Positions 1 through 12,087 are shown, counted from the whole stretch's first letter. The stretch: DNA of 63,192 bases, filler included, from Olpidium bornovanus S191 (GCA_017911155.1; 29 parts of 29 records of this genome joined end to end with filler, not necessarily neighbours in it), one strand, 5' to 3'. The notes: generated by a model not told the origin, from the sequence alone. Made by a program: numbers and translations.

Positions 1-880
1 GGAAAAGTACTGCACCTACGAGAGGCGTTGTACGGGCTGAAGCAGGCAGGAAGAGCCTGGGCGCAGCACCTGAACCGCGCATTGACCAGACGGGGCTGTA
101 AGCACCTTCAAACCAACCATGGCATGTCCGCCCCGAAAGAGGGCGACGGGACAACCACGTGGCTTCTGACCTGGGTGGACGACCTGCCCGTATTTTCTCT
201 GAAGAAAGAGCACGTTCGCCGGGTGAAGAGCGAGTTCCGCGAAGAGTTTGGAATTACCGACTTCCCACCCCCCACCTCGCTCCTGGGAATCCGCATCATC
301 CGCGAGAATGAAACTGGGAGCATAAGATTGAACCAGGGGGCGTTATCGAAACTCGGGCGGAGGGTTTTCGGGGTGGCCGGAGCCCATCCTGTGAAGACGG
401 CCAGAGGCATATGCGAAAAAGGGACCCCGGAGGAACGAGGCAAAGCCTCACAGGTCGGCTGATTGGCTACAGCGGTGCGGACCACGCCGAATGCCGAGAA
501 ACCCGGAAACCTACCAGCGGATACATCTACACTGTCGCCGGGGTGTCATCGATTGGAGGAGTAAGCGTCAGGAAGTCGCTGCAACTTCCACATGCGAGGC
601 CGAGCATGTGGCGCTCGCCGAAGCCGTAAAAGAATGGATGTGGATCAGACGCCTTCTGGCTGGGTTGGGGCGCAGAAAACGAAAGAGGATATGCCGTGAT
701 GATCCGCGTATCCAACCACGGGGTCAATGCAATGGGCCGGGAATCCCAAGCGTCACTCGCGATGCGAGCACATTGTTCCGGTCACTTTCTGCGGGAACAA
801 ACTGAGCGCGGGGAGGGAGCGCCCGTAAGCAGTCGCGTCGGAGAAAATGACGGCCGACGTGCTGACGGCGGGAAGCCGGG
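1..880 (+). mobile_element. Degenerate Ty1/copia retrotransposon pol fragment (RT C-terminal part and RNase H), frameshifted
   Basis: Copia motifs spread over several frames: LREALYGLKQAGRAW, LLTWVDDL (YVDD-like), LIGYSGADHAECRETRKPTSGY, IDWRSKRQEVAATSTCEAEHVAL, HFLREQTERGE and EMTADVLT. Confidence 0.93.
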
Positions 881-1027
881 AGGCGGACGGGGCTCCTTCC
901 TCACTCCGGAGGGGGAAGGAGGGGGAAGGAAAGAAGAAGACGGAGAGAAAAAAGCAGAAAAGAAAAAAAAAAAAAAAAAAAGCAGAGAGAGAACGAGAGA
1001 GAGCAGAAGAACGCGCAGTCGTCGACT

Positions 1028-1112
1028 CTTCTCGTCTCTCTCTCATCTCTCTCATCTCTCTCGTCTCTCTCTCATCTCTCTCATCTCTCTCGTCTCTCTC
1101 TCTCTCTCTCTC
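1028..1112. repeat. Compound (TC)n microsatellite with periodic CAT/CGT interruptions
   Basis: The tract ctctctctcatctctctcatctctctcgtctctctctcatc... is read directly from the sequence. Confidence 0.9.
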
Positions 1113-1287
1113 GCCCGCCCGTCCGCGGGGAAAGAAAACGTGCGGCCATTCCTCGCCCCCGCCCCGCCTCGCCCATCCCCGTCCCCAAACCCCCCCCCCC
1201 CCGACGAGAGAGAAAGGAAACGGAAGGGAAAAGAAACCCGGCGGGACGACGCACGACCGCGTGCACCTCCGTGCTGCCCTGCCGGAC

Positions 1288-3546
1288 GATGCAGCCGCCG
1301 GACAATGTCTTCCTCCAGCACCAGCCTCGGCCTCAGCAGCAGCCTCAGCAGCAGCCTCAGCAGCAGCCTCAGCAGCAGCCTCAGCAGCAGCACCAGCAGC
1401 ACCAGCAGCAGCACCAGCAGCACCAGCAGCAGCACCAGCAGCACCAGCAGAACCCGCTCCACCACCACTGCCAGCAGCCGGCGGATGGCTTGCAGCAAGG
1501 TTGGGGCTGGTTCCAGGGAAGATCGACCCCGGCTATCGCGGCCGCCGGCCGCGGATACTCCGACGCGGACGCCTTGGGCGCCCTGTCGCCCGCCAAGGCG
1601 ACGACGCCCCTCGAGCGCGGCACGTTCGTCGCCTCGGCGCCCTCCGGCGCCCCTTCCTCCTCCGCCGGCGGCGCGTCGTGCGCGGCCGACCCCGCGAAGT
1701 TCCGCCCCGACGGCGGCGTGCGGGACGCCGGCCACAGCAGCAAAAAGAGCAGGCACGGCAGCGGGATCGACGCCGACCCGGCGGCCGGGTGCGGCCCGTC
1801 CGCGTCGTCTCCCCTCTCCCCTTCGTTCCCGTCGGCGGCGTACGCTTCGGCCGCCGCAGAACAGCCGTTTCCCGTCCCAACGGCCGCCGGGGCGATGCAG
1901 CCGCCGCCGCCTCAGCCCTGGCCGTTGCCGGGAGGGCCGCTCCCGGCCCGGGGATCGTCGCAGATCGGCGGCACCCTGCCGGTGCTGGCAACGGCGCTGC
2001 CGGGAATTCCGACGGGCAGGCCCGAGCCGCCGCATTTCTCCCGGTCCTACTACGCCCCGGCCAGTTCCAACGACCACGGGGTGCTCGGCACGGATTACCA
2101 GGCCATCACGATCGCCGACGACTCGCCCACCGACCAGGCCGTCTACCCGAAGAGGCTTTCCGACGGCGCTGTGCAGCTCGGGGGCGCGAACGCGCGGGAA
2201 CCTCGGTTCGGCGGAGTTAATCCGGACGCGGGGGAACGTGCGGAAACGTCGTCGGTGCCGAAGCGCTGGCCGAAAGGGCTCCACAAGCGATCTCACTCTT
2301 CGACGACCACGCTGGGCGGCGGAGACTCCTTCGCGTCGATGCGGCCGCTCGCTTACCTGAACCAGCCGCCTGCGGCCCGACCACCGCAGCAGGTTCCGTC
2401 GGCCGGCGGCCCGCCTTCGGTCTCCTCGCCGTTCGGTTCCTCCAAGCAGGGCGCACTCTTCCTTTCGCTGACGCATCCGTCCCAGCAGCCGCAACCGCAG
2501 CCGCAACCGCAGCCGCAGCCGGAGCCGCCGCAGGCGCGGCGGAAAAGCCGGCCCGATCTGCAGCACGTCCAGCAGCCGCAGCAGGGTCCGCACCCGCAGC
2601 AGGCGCCACACCACCTGCGCGTGTTGCAGCGGCGCGCGTCCTCCTTCTCGCTGTCGAACCTGCCGTCTTCCGTGCAATACCACGTCGCCGCGACTTCCGG
2701 GCCTCAAAATAGCCCGCAACACAGCGCCCTTGCTCCGCCTCATACGTACCCGGCGCCTCCGCCCAATTACGCCTCTCTGCAGGCGGCGGCGGCGCCTGGC
2801 CGAGCGCCGTCTGGATTTGCGCCGGGATCCTCCCCTTATGCCCCGAACGTGGCTCAGGCGAGCGGGTACAGTTCTCCGGGGAGAGGGTACCCGTTCCCGG
2901 CAGGCCCCTTTCCCAACGCCGGATCTTTGGTTCCCGCCGTCGCACCGCCGGCTACCGCGTTGGACGCCGCGCCCCAAGCCGCCAACATGCAGTTATCATC
3001 CGGCCCCTTTTCGCACAGTTCCGGAATCGCGTCTTCCAAATCTCCCTCACGACAGCCGCATCACCACCAGCTGGCACCTCCCCAACAGCACACGGCCGCG
3101 CAAACGGCGGACGCGTCCCCGCGGTCTTCCGTCTCGTTGTCGCTCCCTCAGTCCGCCTCCTCCTTGACGCCGGCCGCGGACGGCGGCAACGCGAACTCGA
3201 AGGTGTCGGCCAGAAATGTCAGCGCGTCGCCGAACACGTGGGCTCGCGACGGCTACCCCCACCACGGCACCGGCGCCGCGATCCCCACGATGACCGCCGG
3301 CGGCGTCGGCGCGTCTCCGATCGCCGCTTCTTCGCCGTCGCCGTCCCCGGCGCCCGGCATGATGGCCCTACGCCACCGCGGCGACGCTATACCGCGCAGG
3401 GAGCCGGTGGTCGCCGGCCCGAAGACCGAACTCCGAGGGTCCCATGCCGTCCGGAGGGTGCGCTCCAAGGCGGACCTGCAGCCGGTGATCAACCCCGTGC
3501 CGGCCTACCGGCAAAGGGATCCCTCCACGGGAGAGTACGTCAGCGT
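1288..3546 (+). CDS. yak1: Yak1/YakA-like DYRK kinase, long Q/P/S-rich N-terminal exon (kinase domain beyond the contig end)
   Basis: The ORF of about 750 codons ends VRRVRSKADLQPVINPVPAYRQRDPSTGEYVS, then a GTACGT donor. This matches from memory the pre-kinase motif of fungal Yak1 (FRRVKSKSDLxPxxNxxPxFRRAxxxGxxISPL). The catalytic domain is not visible. Confidence 0.68.
1321..1450 (+). repeat. Coding polyglutamine tract built from (CCT CAG CAG CAG)n then (CAC CAG CAG [CAG])n units
   Basis: Translates as PQQQPQQQPQQQPQQQPQQQHQQHQQQHQQHQQQHQQHQQ within the Yak1-like ORF. Confidence 0.95.
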
Positions 3547-3563
3547 ACGTCCGTCGCGCGCCC

Positions 3564-3663
3564 NNNNNNNNNNNNNNNNNNNNNNNNNNNNNNNNNNNNN
3601 NNNNNNNTTAATTAATTAANNNNNNNNNNNNNNNNNNNNNNNNNNNNNNNNNNNNNNNNNNNN
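3564..3663. other. Artificial contig-joining spacer N44-TTAATTAATTAA-N44 (first of 28)
   Basis: The same 100-nt block starts at 3564, 7558, 9446, 10548, 13148, 15240, 18936, 20468, 22135, 23322, 24461, 26532, 27708, 30445, 34420, 36547, 37800, 39330, 43456, 45655, 47288, 48613, 49978, 51582, 52972, 54797, 56235 and 59038. TTAATTAATTAA puts stops in all six frames. Genes are cut off at these spacers. Confidence 0.99.
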
Positions 3664-6600
3664 CATGGCCCGCACCGCCAGGTCCATTCGCCCCGCCCGC
3701 TTGAACAGAAGGGCCGCCTTCTTTGACTGCGCGAGGCACGCTTCCACGCCCTGGAGATACTTCGGCAGGGTCAGGATGCCCGCTTGGACGTACGTCGCCA
3801 GGAGGTTCATCTTCAGCTCCAGCTGCTGCCGCCGGTCTTCGGCCTCGGTCGGCGGAAGACCGCTGCGACCTGAGGAAATTAAGGAAAGGTCGTGTTCCAA
3901 CAACGCGCTGGAGGCGATGTTGTCAACGCTTTGAGGTGCGCGGAGGCGATTGCCAAAAAAAGACAATGGGAGAAATGAGGAGTAAGAATAAATTTCGGAC
4001 GGGCCAGAGGAAAGAAATTAGCATGGCGATTCTGGAAATTTAACCCTTCCGCAGTTAAATGGAACGAATGTGCTTCCGCAGCGAGAAAAACCGTACCTTT
4101 CAAACCACTCGATGGTGGTTTCCAATTCCTCATTGTTTTCCACGGGTCTCACTGCCGAGGCACCAACTGCCGGTGGGGCGACCAGGTTGACGGACGGGGA
4201 AGCAACTTTCGGCGCCTCCACGGGCCCCTTTGCGCCCGTCGTCGCTTTTTTTGCCGCCGCCGTGGGATACTTTGCTGGCGACACCGGGACCGCAGCTACC
4301 GGCACCGGCAGTCGTGGCGCTACGGGAGACGTCGTGCCTGATCTCTGGGACGGGGTCGGCAACGAGGGCGTCGCGGGAGAAGCCATCGGCGACCCGGCGG
4401 CGAGAGTCGATGCGCCCGACGAAAAGTCGTCCATGACCACCCACTGGTCCGTGCGGGTGTCCACCTCGCTCTTCAGCAGCGGCGTTCTTAGCCGCAGCCG
4501 CACCTCGAGCTTCCCGCCTGTCGGCCGGCGGTTCGCGTCCGTAAGCTTTTTACAACGATTAGCGTTGTCCCAGTGAGCACCGCGCCGGTTCGGCCGAATG
4601 CCGGATAAAAAGGATGGGCCAGAAATGTTGCGCACGGCGGGGCGGTGGCCGGAAAAAGTAGCGCAAAACGCACCTGCAATATCTCATGCACCTCACATTT
4701 CGACAACAGCGAATCTATTTTTAATTGACATTTTCCCAGGTGGATTTTGCTCCGGAAAAAACCACGGTAGTGCATAACTTCAAACTGGACCTTTTTTCGC
4801 TCCACGTAGCGCTGGAACGCTTTCGTGCGCTCGATCGGAATGCGCTTTGCGAACCTAAACTCTGGGCACGAAGGGAAGAGATAGCAGCACAGCGCATAGT
4901 CAGACGTAATGTGCTGCTTGAAATAAACACCGTTAGGAAAGCTTTCCGCACCAGGGTCCATGCCCCGCTTCGCCACGAGAGTATCGCCCTTGCCAGCGGC
5001 GGCGGTGGCACCGCCGGCGTCGGTGGGCCATCCGGCATCCCAGCTGACATATGCCTCGACATCTTGACCAAGCACCTCCTTATTCCCAAGGCCGAACGCA
5101 CGATCAATAGCGAGTTCCATCTCGCCCGGCGAGACATCGAAGTTCGCCGCGGCGACGGTATGGGATACTGAAACGTAGCGGAACCGGGGCACGGGTTGGC
5201 CCGAGGATGCATAGGAGCGCACGGACTCAAGGTCTGCCAGGAAGCTCTTGCGGTGTTTGTGGAAGGCCAGCGCGTTCGCCTTGTCGCCAGATTTGAGGAA
5301 GTGAGCCGCTATGGACGAGCAAAGAGCGGCCTGCGACTCTAGTTGCTGCTCCAGCTTCGCGTAGGCCTGGGATACGTTCTGGGGAGTGGGGGAAGGGTAA
5401 GAGGAAAGGGGAAGGGAAGAATAAAAAACGAGAAGAGCGCTCAGGCGCTCCACATGTCAACTGGCGCGGTCGCGATGTTGATCGGCAGCCATACCGGCAT
5501 GGTTACTCCTTCGTCCGAAGGCCCGGGCAGGACGAGTGTCGGGAGATTCCCCGCCGAATTCACTCTCGAGCCGGCAGCAGAAATCTGCTTCGCCGGGGTC
5601 GCCTGCTTGGACGACAAGGAAGCCGTTGACGGTGTCCGTGGAATATGGTTCGTGTCGTTTTCAGCAACCGCCTCCACGGTAATGGCCGGTGTCGCCACAG
5701 CGGCAGGTGCCGGTGGGACCGTCGCTACGACCGTTGTCGCCAACAAGTCCGCGACTGCCGACTTCAACTCGCAACCCGCCGGCTTCGCCGGCTCGGTCAG
5801 CCGCGCCTCCAACGCTTTGTACGCTCTCAGGGCCTTCGCCGCGCCGGCTTTGTCACCTGCCCGATTCCTGGCGATCGCCGTCTTCTTCTCTTCTGCGATC
5901 CGCCGCCGTATTTCGTCCGTGTCGGAAGACATCGTCAGGTCTTCCAAGGGCACACTGCGGGTGTCTTGCGTACCGTCGCTGGCGGCTTCCTGAGTCGGTG
6001 TCGCAGTCGGCAAAGACAATGGCGCTCCCTTCCCAACGTCCGGTTCTGGTGCCGATTCCCTGAGATCCTTTCCCGAGGCCAGGACACCAGCGGAATCCGC
6101 CGGGGGTTCGGGCAGCCGCGGTAGGGCGGGCTCTGCCAGCGCCGCTTGTTGGCGTGCCGGAGCGGGCACTGGAACCTGGTTGGCCGCTGGAGACATTGCT
6201 GCTACAGCAACCTGGCCGGTCGTCAGCAAGCTTCGCTGCCAGCATATTCTGGTGGACAGGCACAGGCTCTTGTCCGAAAATCGTGGTTTTCACCTACAGT
6301 GCACCTTTTCCCCTCGTCGACCTCTTCCTCCTCCTCGCTGACGTAGCCCATGGCCTTGAGTTCTCCCTGGGGGTTCCCCGAAAAACGGAACGCGTTCGGC
6401 GGTCAGCCGGGCCACGGCCGGGCGGCCGGGCGACCCCGCCGCACTCCCAGAACATTGCGGTCAGGTGATCCTTTGGCCCGCGTTCCTTGGAAACTTCGAA
6501 GGAGAGGAATTTAATCGACGTACCAGCAGCACAGGGTCATTCATGTCCGCCTCAGTCAATTCCACGTCCAAGTGGTCGGCATGTTCTGTGCCGAGCTGAC

Positions 6601-7044
6601 GGAACTCGTCCAAGTCAAGCTCGGTGGCAACCTCGGGCTTTGGCGTGTGTTTTGCATCCGACCGCTGAGGTGGCGGCTCGCGCCTCGCCTTTGGCAGAGC
6701 GTGCGAAGGGCTTGGTCGGGCGAGCTCTTGTAGCTGGGCCTGTAAGGTGGCCAAAGCGGAAATCTCCTCAGCTTGGCTGCGAAGGACAGTGCGCGCGGCG
6801 GGGGTCGCTGGCGCACCAGCAGCTCCGGGTCGTCCAGGTCATTGTCGTCCACGACGATGTCCTCCGTCCCGCCTATGCCGGCGAGGTCGAGATCAAGGCC
6901 GAAGTGCGCCACTTGATCAACCTCCGATCGTGAGCCGCGCACTCCTTCTCCTCGCTGCTGGCGTTGTCCGGCTCCTTCGCCGGGTGTCCTGGGGGCGGGC
7001 GCAAGCTGCTGGTTCTGCGGCCTGTCCTTCCTGAGCGCGAACAT
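3664..7044 (-). CDS. cc2d1: CC2D1A/B (Lgd/Freud-1)-like protein with DM14 repeats and a C2 domain; multi-exon, 3' end truncated
   Basis: ATG at 7044 (MFALRK). DM14-like helix EIRRRIAEEKKTAIARNRAGDKAGAAKALRAYKALEARL (about 5800-5925). C2 segments MELAIDRAFGL, VEAYVSWD and FEVMHYRGFFRSKIHLGK. Signature NRRPTGGKLEVRLRLRTPL...QWVVMD (about 4430-4560) resembles the metazoan CC2D1 motif RRPTGGxLEVxVRIRxPL. C-terminal helical region at 3664-3900. Confidence 0.85.
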
Positions 7045-7707
7045 GGAGCTGGCCAGCGGGGAACAGTCTGTCCGCAGAGCGGGCCGAAAGCACCGCCGCA
7101 CCAAGGCCTTTGACAACTCCAGCCACACCGCAAAAACGCCGAGCCATCCCGCCCAGGCCCACGACCCAAGTGCGCACGCGCCGTATCAAAACTCCGGGCA
7201 TCGCGAGAAATATGGCCCAATGTTTTTTGTTTCACGCCGTGCAATGATGTGCCTTTTATTATGCTCTAGCTTTAATTGGCGTCACGCCCATGCCGCTATG
7301 GGACAACCCCGTGCAATTGAGTGCTTTGTGAACTCGATCCTGCGAGAAATGAGCAACGTGCGCAGTGTACAGTGTGCGGGGTGCGGTGCGGCTGGGGGAT
7401 GACTTAAGGCTGGCAATTAGCTACCACCTCGTTTGGCGCCATGGGACCGACAAGGCAGCTCGCGGGGTTCCAGCGCGGGCTTGAATCCAATCTTTTGCAC
7501 TTTCTGATCAACGCCAGTCCAGTCTTTACCCTACCCTCACTGGAACACTGTTAGCCANNNNNNNNNNNNNNNNNNNNNNNNNNNNNNNNNNNNNNNNNNN
7601 NTTAATTAATTAANNNNNNNNNNNNNNNNNNNNNNNNNNNNNNNNNNNNNNNNNNNNCGACCCGCCCCGCGGCAAAAACCACCCCCCCCCCCCCCCCGGG
7701 CCCGGGG

Positions 7708-7744
<37 letters not shown>

Positions 7745-7881
7745 CTTTTGCCGCCCGCCGCCCCGCCCGCCGCCGCCCCCCTCCCTCCTCTCGCTCTTCC
7801 GACCCGCCCCGCGGCAAAAACCACCCCCCCCCCCCCCCGGGGCAAGGGAAAAAAAAAACCAAAAAAAAAAAAAAAAAAAAA

Positions 7882-8998
7882 ATGGCCGCGCCAACCGACC
7901 CGAAGCTCGTCGTCGACGTCGCCGCAAAGGGCGCGGAAAAGTTCGTCGAGTTCTACTACAAGACGTTCGACACGCAGCGACACGTGCGTCCGTCCCGCCC
8001 CTCCCACCAGGGTTTTTTGCCAGTCAAACAAAAAAAAAACAAAAGGGATTCGAAAGGCGACGAGAGAGCGGGGGAGGAGAAGAGGAGGGGGGGGGCGCCT
8101 TCTCCGGAGTGTACTTTCCCCTCAAGCGGGTTCGGTGTGTGCGCAACACTGGAAGAGCGCAGCGCGCGGACGATCTCCCCAAGCAACCCGCCGGCCGTAC
8201 TCCGCCGGCCCTGGCCTGCGCCGGTCGGCTTGTTACTCGAGCTTGCCGCCACCGTTGCTCGGTTCGGGCGTGCGAACAGAACCTTCCTTTTCCCTAACAG
8301 AATTCCCTCCCGTTTTCGCTCCTCGCAGCTCCTCAGCAAGTTCTACAGGGACACTTCGGCCATAGTCTGGAACGGTTAGGTCCCGTCTGCTCAGTGAGGT
8401 TGGAGCGCGTTTGAGCGCAACCAGGAGAGCAATCTCCCTGGGCAGCCTCGGCCGCAAAAGTACTGACGTCGTCCCGTCTCCTTTGCGTTTCCAAAAGGCA
8501 ACCCTTTTTCGGGTGTTGGCGTTTACTCCGAATTCTGCCTCAAATTACCGGCAACGGTTCATGAGGTACATGCGTACGACTGCCAGCCGCTGATGGGTAA
8601 ATTCGCCTGCTTTGCCGCCGGCGCTTTGTGGGCGCCGCGTGTCCTTCCTATCCGCTCGTCGCACGCCTGATGCCGCGGCGATTTTTCAGAGCCTGTGACG
8701 CGCGCACCTCTGCGGCCTTTTAGTCGGCAAAGGGGGGGGGGGGGGCCGTTTCTCCGACAGCAACACCCCTAATTTTTGCAACTTTTGACTCCGTTACCCA
8801 GGTTCGCTGAACTCTTCGGGAACCTGCCCGATGGTCGTTACTGTGTGCGGAACAGTGAAGCTGGGCGACTTTCCGCCGCGCGGGTTTAGCCAGAGCTTCG
8901 TGTTGCAACCGGATCCGCAAAAGAATGGCAACTTCTTTGTCCGCAGCGACTGTCACCGCTTTGTCGGTCCGGATTTTGACGCGACGCCGAGAAGATGA
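7882..8998 (+). CDS. nxt1: NTF2-related export protein Nxt1/p15, complete, 4 exons (7882-7983, 8329-8374, 8498-8596, 8802-8998)
   Basis: Splices in phase at GT-AG sites to MAAPTDPKLVVDVAAKGAEKFVEFYYKTFDTQRH-LLSKFYRDTSAIVWNG-NPFSG...VHAYDCQPLM-...VVTVCGTVKLG...FSQSFVLQPD...FFVRSDCHRFV. These are NTF2-fold Nxt1 motifs. Confidence 0.9.
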
Positions 8999-9579
8999 TA
9001 GGAAGCTGGCAATATGATCCTCCGTATAAATCCCCCTCCCTCCCCCTCCCTGTTCCCGCTGCAGGTCCCCGTTTCATCTTATAGAAGTTCAAGCATGCTT
9101 TACACCATTCATAATGATATTTCGTTACGTTTTTGGCCGGCGGAGACTTCCCGGTCGCGGTTGACTCTGTTGTCGTGTCGTTCGAAATGGCGATCGGTTC
9201 GGCCTCCGGCCTTTTTGGACAAACTTTTTGCAAGCGAACGCACAAGCGCGATGGCCATGAGCGGCAGGGCGGAGCGGCCGCAGGTCCTGGGGGATAAGCG
9301 AGGCTCTTCCGCTCGACTCGGTTCGCCGACCGCTCCGCCGTGACCTCTTTCGTGACAAGCCCGGGAGGGCGAGAAGGGGTGTACGCGTCTACTGATCTTC
9401 AAATTCACGCGTCCCGACCCGTCCGATCTTTGAAAAGGATTGCAGNNNNNNNNNNNNNNNNNNNNNNNNNNNNNNNNNNNNNNNNNNNNTTAATTAATTA
9501 ANNNNNNNNNNNNNNNNNNNNNNNNNNNNNNNNNNNNNNNNNNNNGCCACACACCACCCCCCCCCCGTTCGAGAAAACC

Positions 9580-10460
9580 ATGAGCGCGCCGCGCCACTCG
9601 CTCGCCGACTCCCTCTGCGCCTGCGCCGCCTGCGCCCTGCGCGGCGTCGCAGACGCCTCCGCCTGGCCCTCGGCCCTCGCCGCAGTCTGCGGCTCCAGGA
9701 CCGTCCAGGTGCGCTTGCTCAAGTGCCTCGTCATGAACGGTGAGGGGGGACAGACGAATCTCTTTTCGAGGGTGACGCGCGGCCTTTTTTCTTTTTTCTT
9801 TTCTTTTTCTTTTTTTTTGCCCCCCTTTTTTTTTCTTTTTTTTGCCCTTTTTTTTTTTTTTTTTTTTCCCTTTCCTGCGTGCCAGCAGTCTTCCCTTACC
9901 CTCTTCCGCTTTTCCTTCGCTCCCTCCCCCGATTTCGGCAGGGTGCATTTTCCTCGGGAGCATTTTGCTTTTCGAGAAACTGGTGGTGCCCGGGCTGCAG
10001 CTCTTTCTGGGCAGGGCCGCGTCGCTGGCGCAGGAGATGCACGCGCGGCCCCCGCACGGCCGGGAGGACGCGCTGCCGCTTTTGCCCGGGATGCGGAATA
10101 TCTTAAGCCTCACCGTCGGGATCGCGTACAACGTTCGTGTTCCAAAAAATATATATATATAAAATAAAAAAATAAGAAAAAAAAATAAAAGAGAAACGGC
10201 GTTGCTTACTGCGCGGTCCGTTCGCCTTCCGGACGGCGGAGATGTGTTTCCGATGTTATCGTATCCTTTTTTTTTTTTTTTTTTTTTTTTGCCGGGCACG
10301 GCGAGGCTGAACAGACGAGCCGTCCTGCTCAGGTTCTGTGGGTGTACCCAATATACTGCGTGTCGTTCATACTCAACAGCATCTGGTATCAGGAGATAGC
10401 CGACCGCGCTTACGAGCTCCAAGTCGGAAAGCCGGCCACCCGGTCCGTGTCTTATGACAG
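9580..10460 (+). CDS. ei24: EI24/EPG4-like autophagy membrane protein, 5' three exons (9580-9739, 9942-10132, 10333-10460)
   Basis: Contains GVADASAWPSALAAVCGSRTVQVRLLKCLVMNG-CIFLGSILLF and LWVYPIYCVSFILNSIWYQEIADRAYEL (EI24 motif WxxPxxxxSxxxNxIWxQxIADxA). Intron phases are consistent. Confidence 0.88.
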
Positions 10461-10490
10461 GTACCTCCACCCCCCCCCCCCCCCGCCCCG

Positions 10491-10541
<51 letters not shown>

Positions 10542-10647
10542 CGAGCCNNNNNNNNNNNNNNNNNNNNNNNNNNNNNNNNNNNNNNNNNNNNTTAATTAAT
10601 TAANNNNNNNNNNNNNNNNNNNNNNNNNNNNNNNNNNNNNNNNNNNN

Positions 10648-12087
10648 CATGATGGCCTTGTTTCGGACAGAAGAAGAAAACGATGGGCGGAAAGGTGACG
10701 CACAGTCCCGTTCGTGACCGGGACAGATCGGAAACGGCCGGCCCACATCGCGCCGACATTCGTCGAGACCACGTCTTCGAAGACGGCTACACCTACTTGA
10801 GTAGCCTCGGGAGCAAGCTAAAGGGCAGGGTCGCCATCAGGTTCATCGACGAGTACGGCATGCACGAAGCGGGAATTGACGGAGGCGGAGTCTTCAAGGA
10901 GTTCATGACTGCGTAGGTATCCCCCCGGAGGCCGCTGCCGTTGGCGTCTTATTCAGGGCTTGCTGTAACGACATGTTGACTCTTTCGTCACTGCTTCCAA
11001 GGCTACTCAAAGAAGCGTTGGACACGAACTGCGGCCTATTCACATCGACGCCGGACCAGATGCTTTACCCCAACCCTCATGCTTACGCGAAGGAGGAGCG
11101 ACAGCTCGATCACTTTAAGTTTCTTGGCCTTGTTCTCGGAAAAGCACTATACGAAGGGATCCTGGTTGATGCAGTGTTCGCCCCGTTCTTTCTGAACAAA
11201 TGGCTGGGGAGACTGAATTATTGTGAGGTTACCCTTTCATTTCATCTTCATCCAGTCGTGCGTCCTCAACGCCGATGCTAACGTCGCCATCTTTGCTGCT
11301 GTAGTGGATGATCTCCTTTCACTGGACAAGGATCTCTATAACGGCCTGATATATCTCAAGAACTACACTGGGGATGCCGAAGATTTAGCTCTGAATTTTA
11401 CGACAACCGTTTCAGGTAGAAGTGGGCGTGGCATTTGGAACACCACGAAGCCGCCGGCTCGCTGACGCCCCTTTTTCCCCGTCCCCGTACCCCACACGAA
11501 AAGAGTTTGGATCCACCAAAATCATCGAGCTTATTTCAGACGGCGCAAACGTACCGGTGACAAACGCGAACAAGATCCGCTACATCTACCTGGTGGCAAA
11601 TTACCGGCTGAACGTCGAGATTGACCAACAGTGCCGCGCGTTCTTTTCGGGGCTCGTGCAGCTGATCAACCCGAAGTGGCTGCGGATGTTCAACCAGCTG
11701 GAGCTCCAGGTGCTCCTGTCGGGCGCGCAGCGGCCGATCGACGTGGAAGACCTGAGGGCGAACGTGGTCTACACGAGCGGCTACGACGAGGACCACCCGG
11801 TCATCCACAACTTCTGGGCCGTCGTCCGCGCAATGTCTGACGAGGAGCGGAGGCGCCTCGTCAGGTTCGTCACCAGCGTCGAAAGGCCGCCCCTGCTCGG
11901 CTTCAGGGAGATGAACCCGCTCATCACGATCCAAAACACGGGCGGCACCGGCGGCAGGCCGGACCGCCTGCCCACCAGCTCGACGTGCGTCAACCTGCTC
12001 AAGCTCCCGCCCTACCCCGACCAGACGATGATGCGGGACAAGCTCCTGTACGCCATCTACTCCGGAGCCGGATTTGACCTGTCATAA
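10648..12087 (+). CDS. hul5: HECT E3 ubiquitin ligase, UBE3C/Hul5-like, C-terminal HECT domain (4 exons visible)
   Basis: Contains IRRDHVFEDG, EAGIDGGGVFKEF, LYPNP, FLGLVLGKALYEGILVD, FVTSVERPPLLGF and the catalytic region RLPTSSTCVNLLKLPPY...KLLYAIYSGAGFDLS*. Introns at 10913-11001, 11223-11304 and 11416-11503. Confidence 0.95.

Noticed and set aside
696-2977. Long ORFs 696-2360 (+), 847-2220 (+) and 1052-2977 (-)
   Set aside because: Shadow frames of GC-rich, low-complexity coding DNA. They are Arg/Ala/Gly-rich with no motifs and run through microsatellites.
3608-3619. TTAATTAATTAA recurring 28 times as a possible biological repeat or CRISPR-like array
   Set aside because: It is always centred in exactly 44+44 N. 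This is a six-frame-stop assembly linker, and ORFs ending in LIN or N in the track are artefacts of it.
7658-7860. Duplicated CGACCCGCCCCGCGGCAAAAACCAC-polyC-polyA block (7658 and 7800), a possible SINE
   Set aside because: It lies at a contig end among homopolymers and has no Pol III boxes. An assembly echo is more likely.
10330-10400. Minus-strand YERHAVYWVHPQNL resembling the VTC-domain motif YWVHxDN
   Set aside because: It is the antisense of a well-supported EI24 exon, and no other VTC motifs are present.
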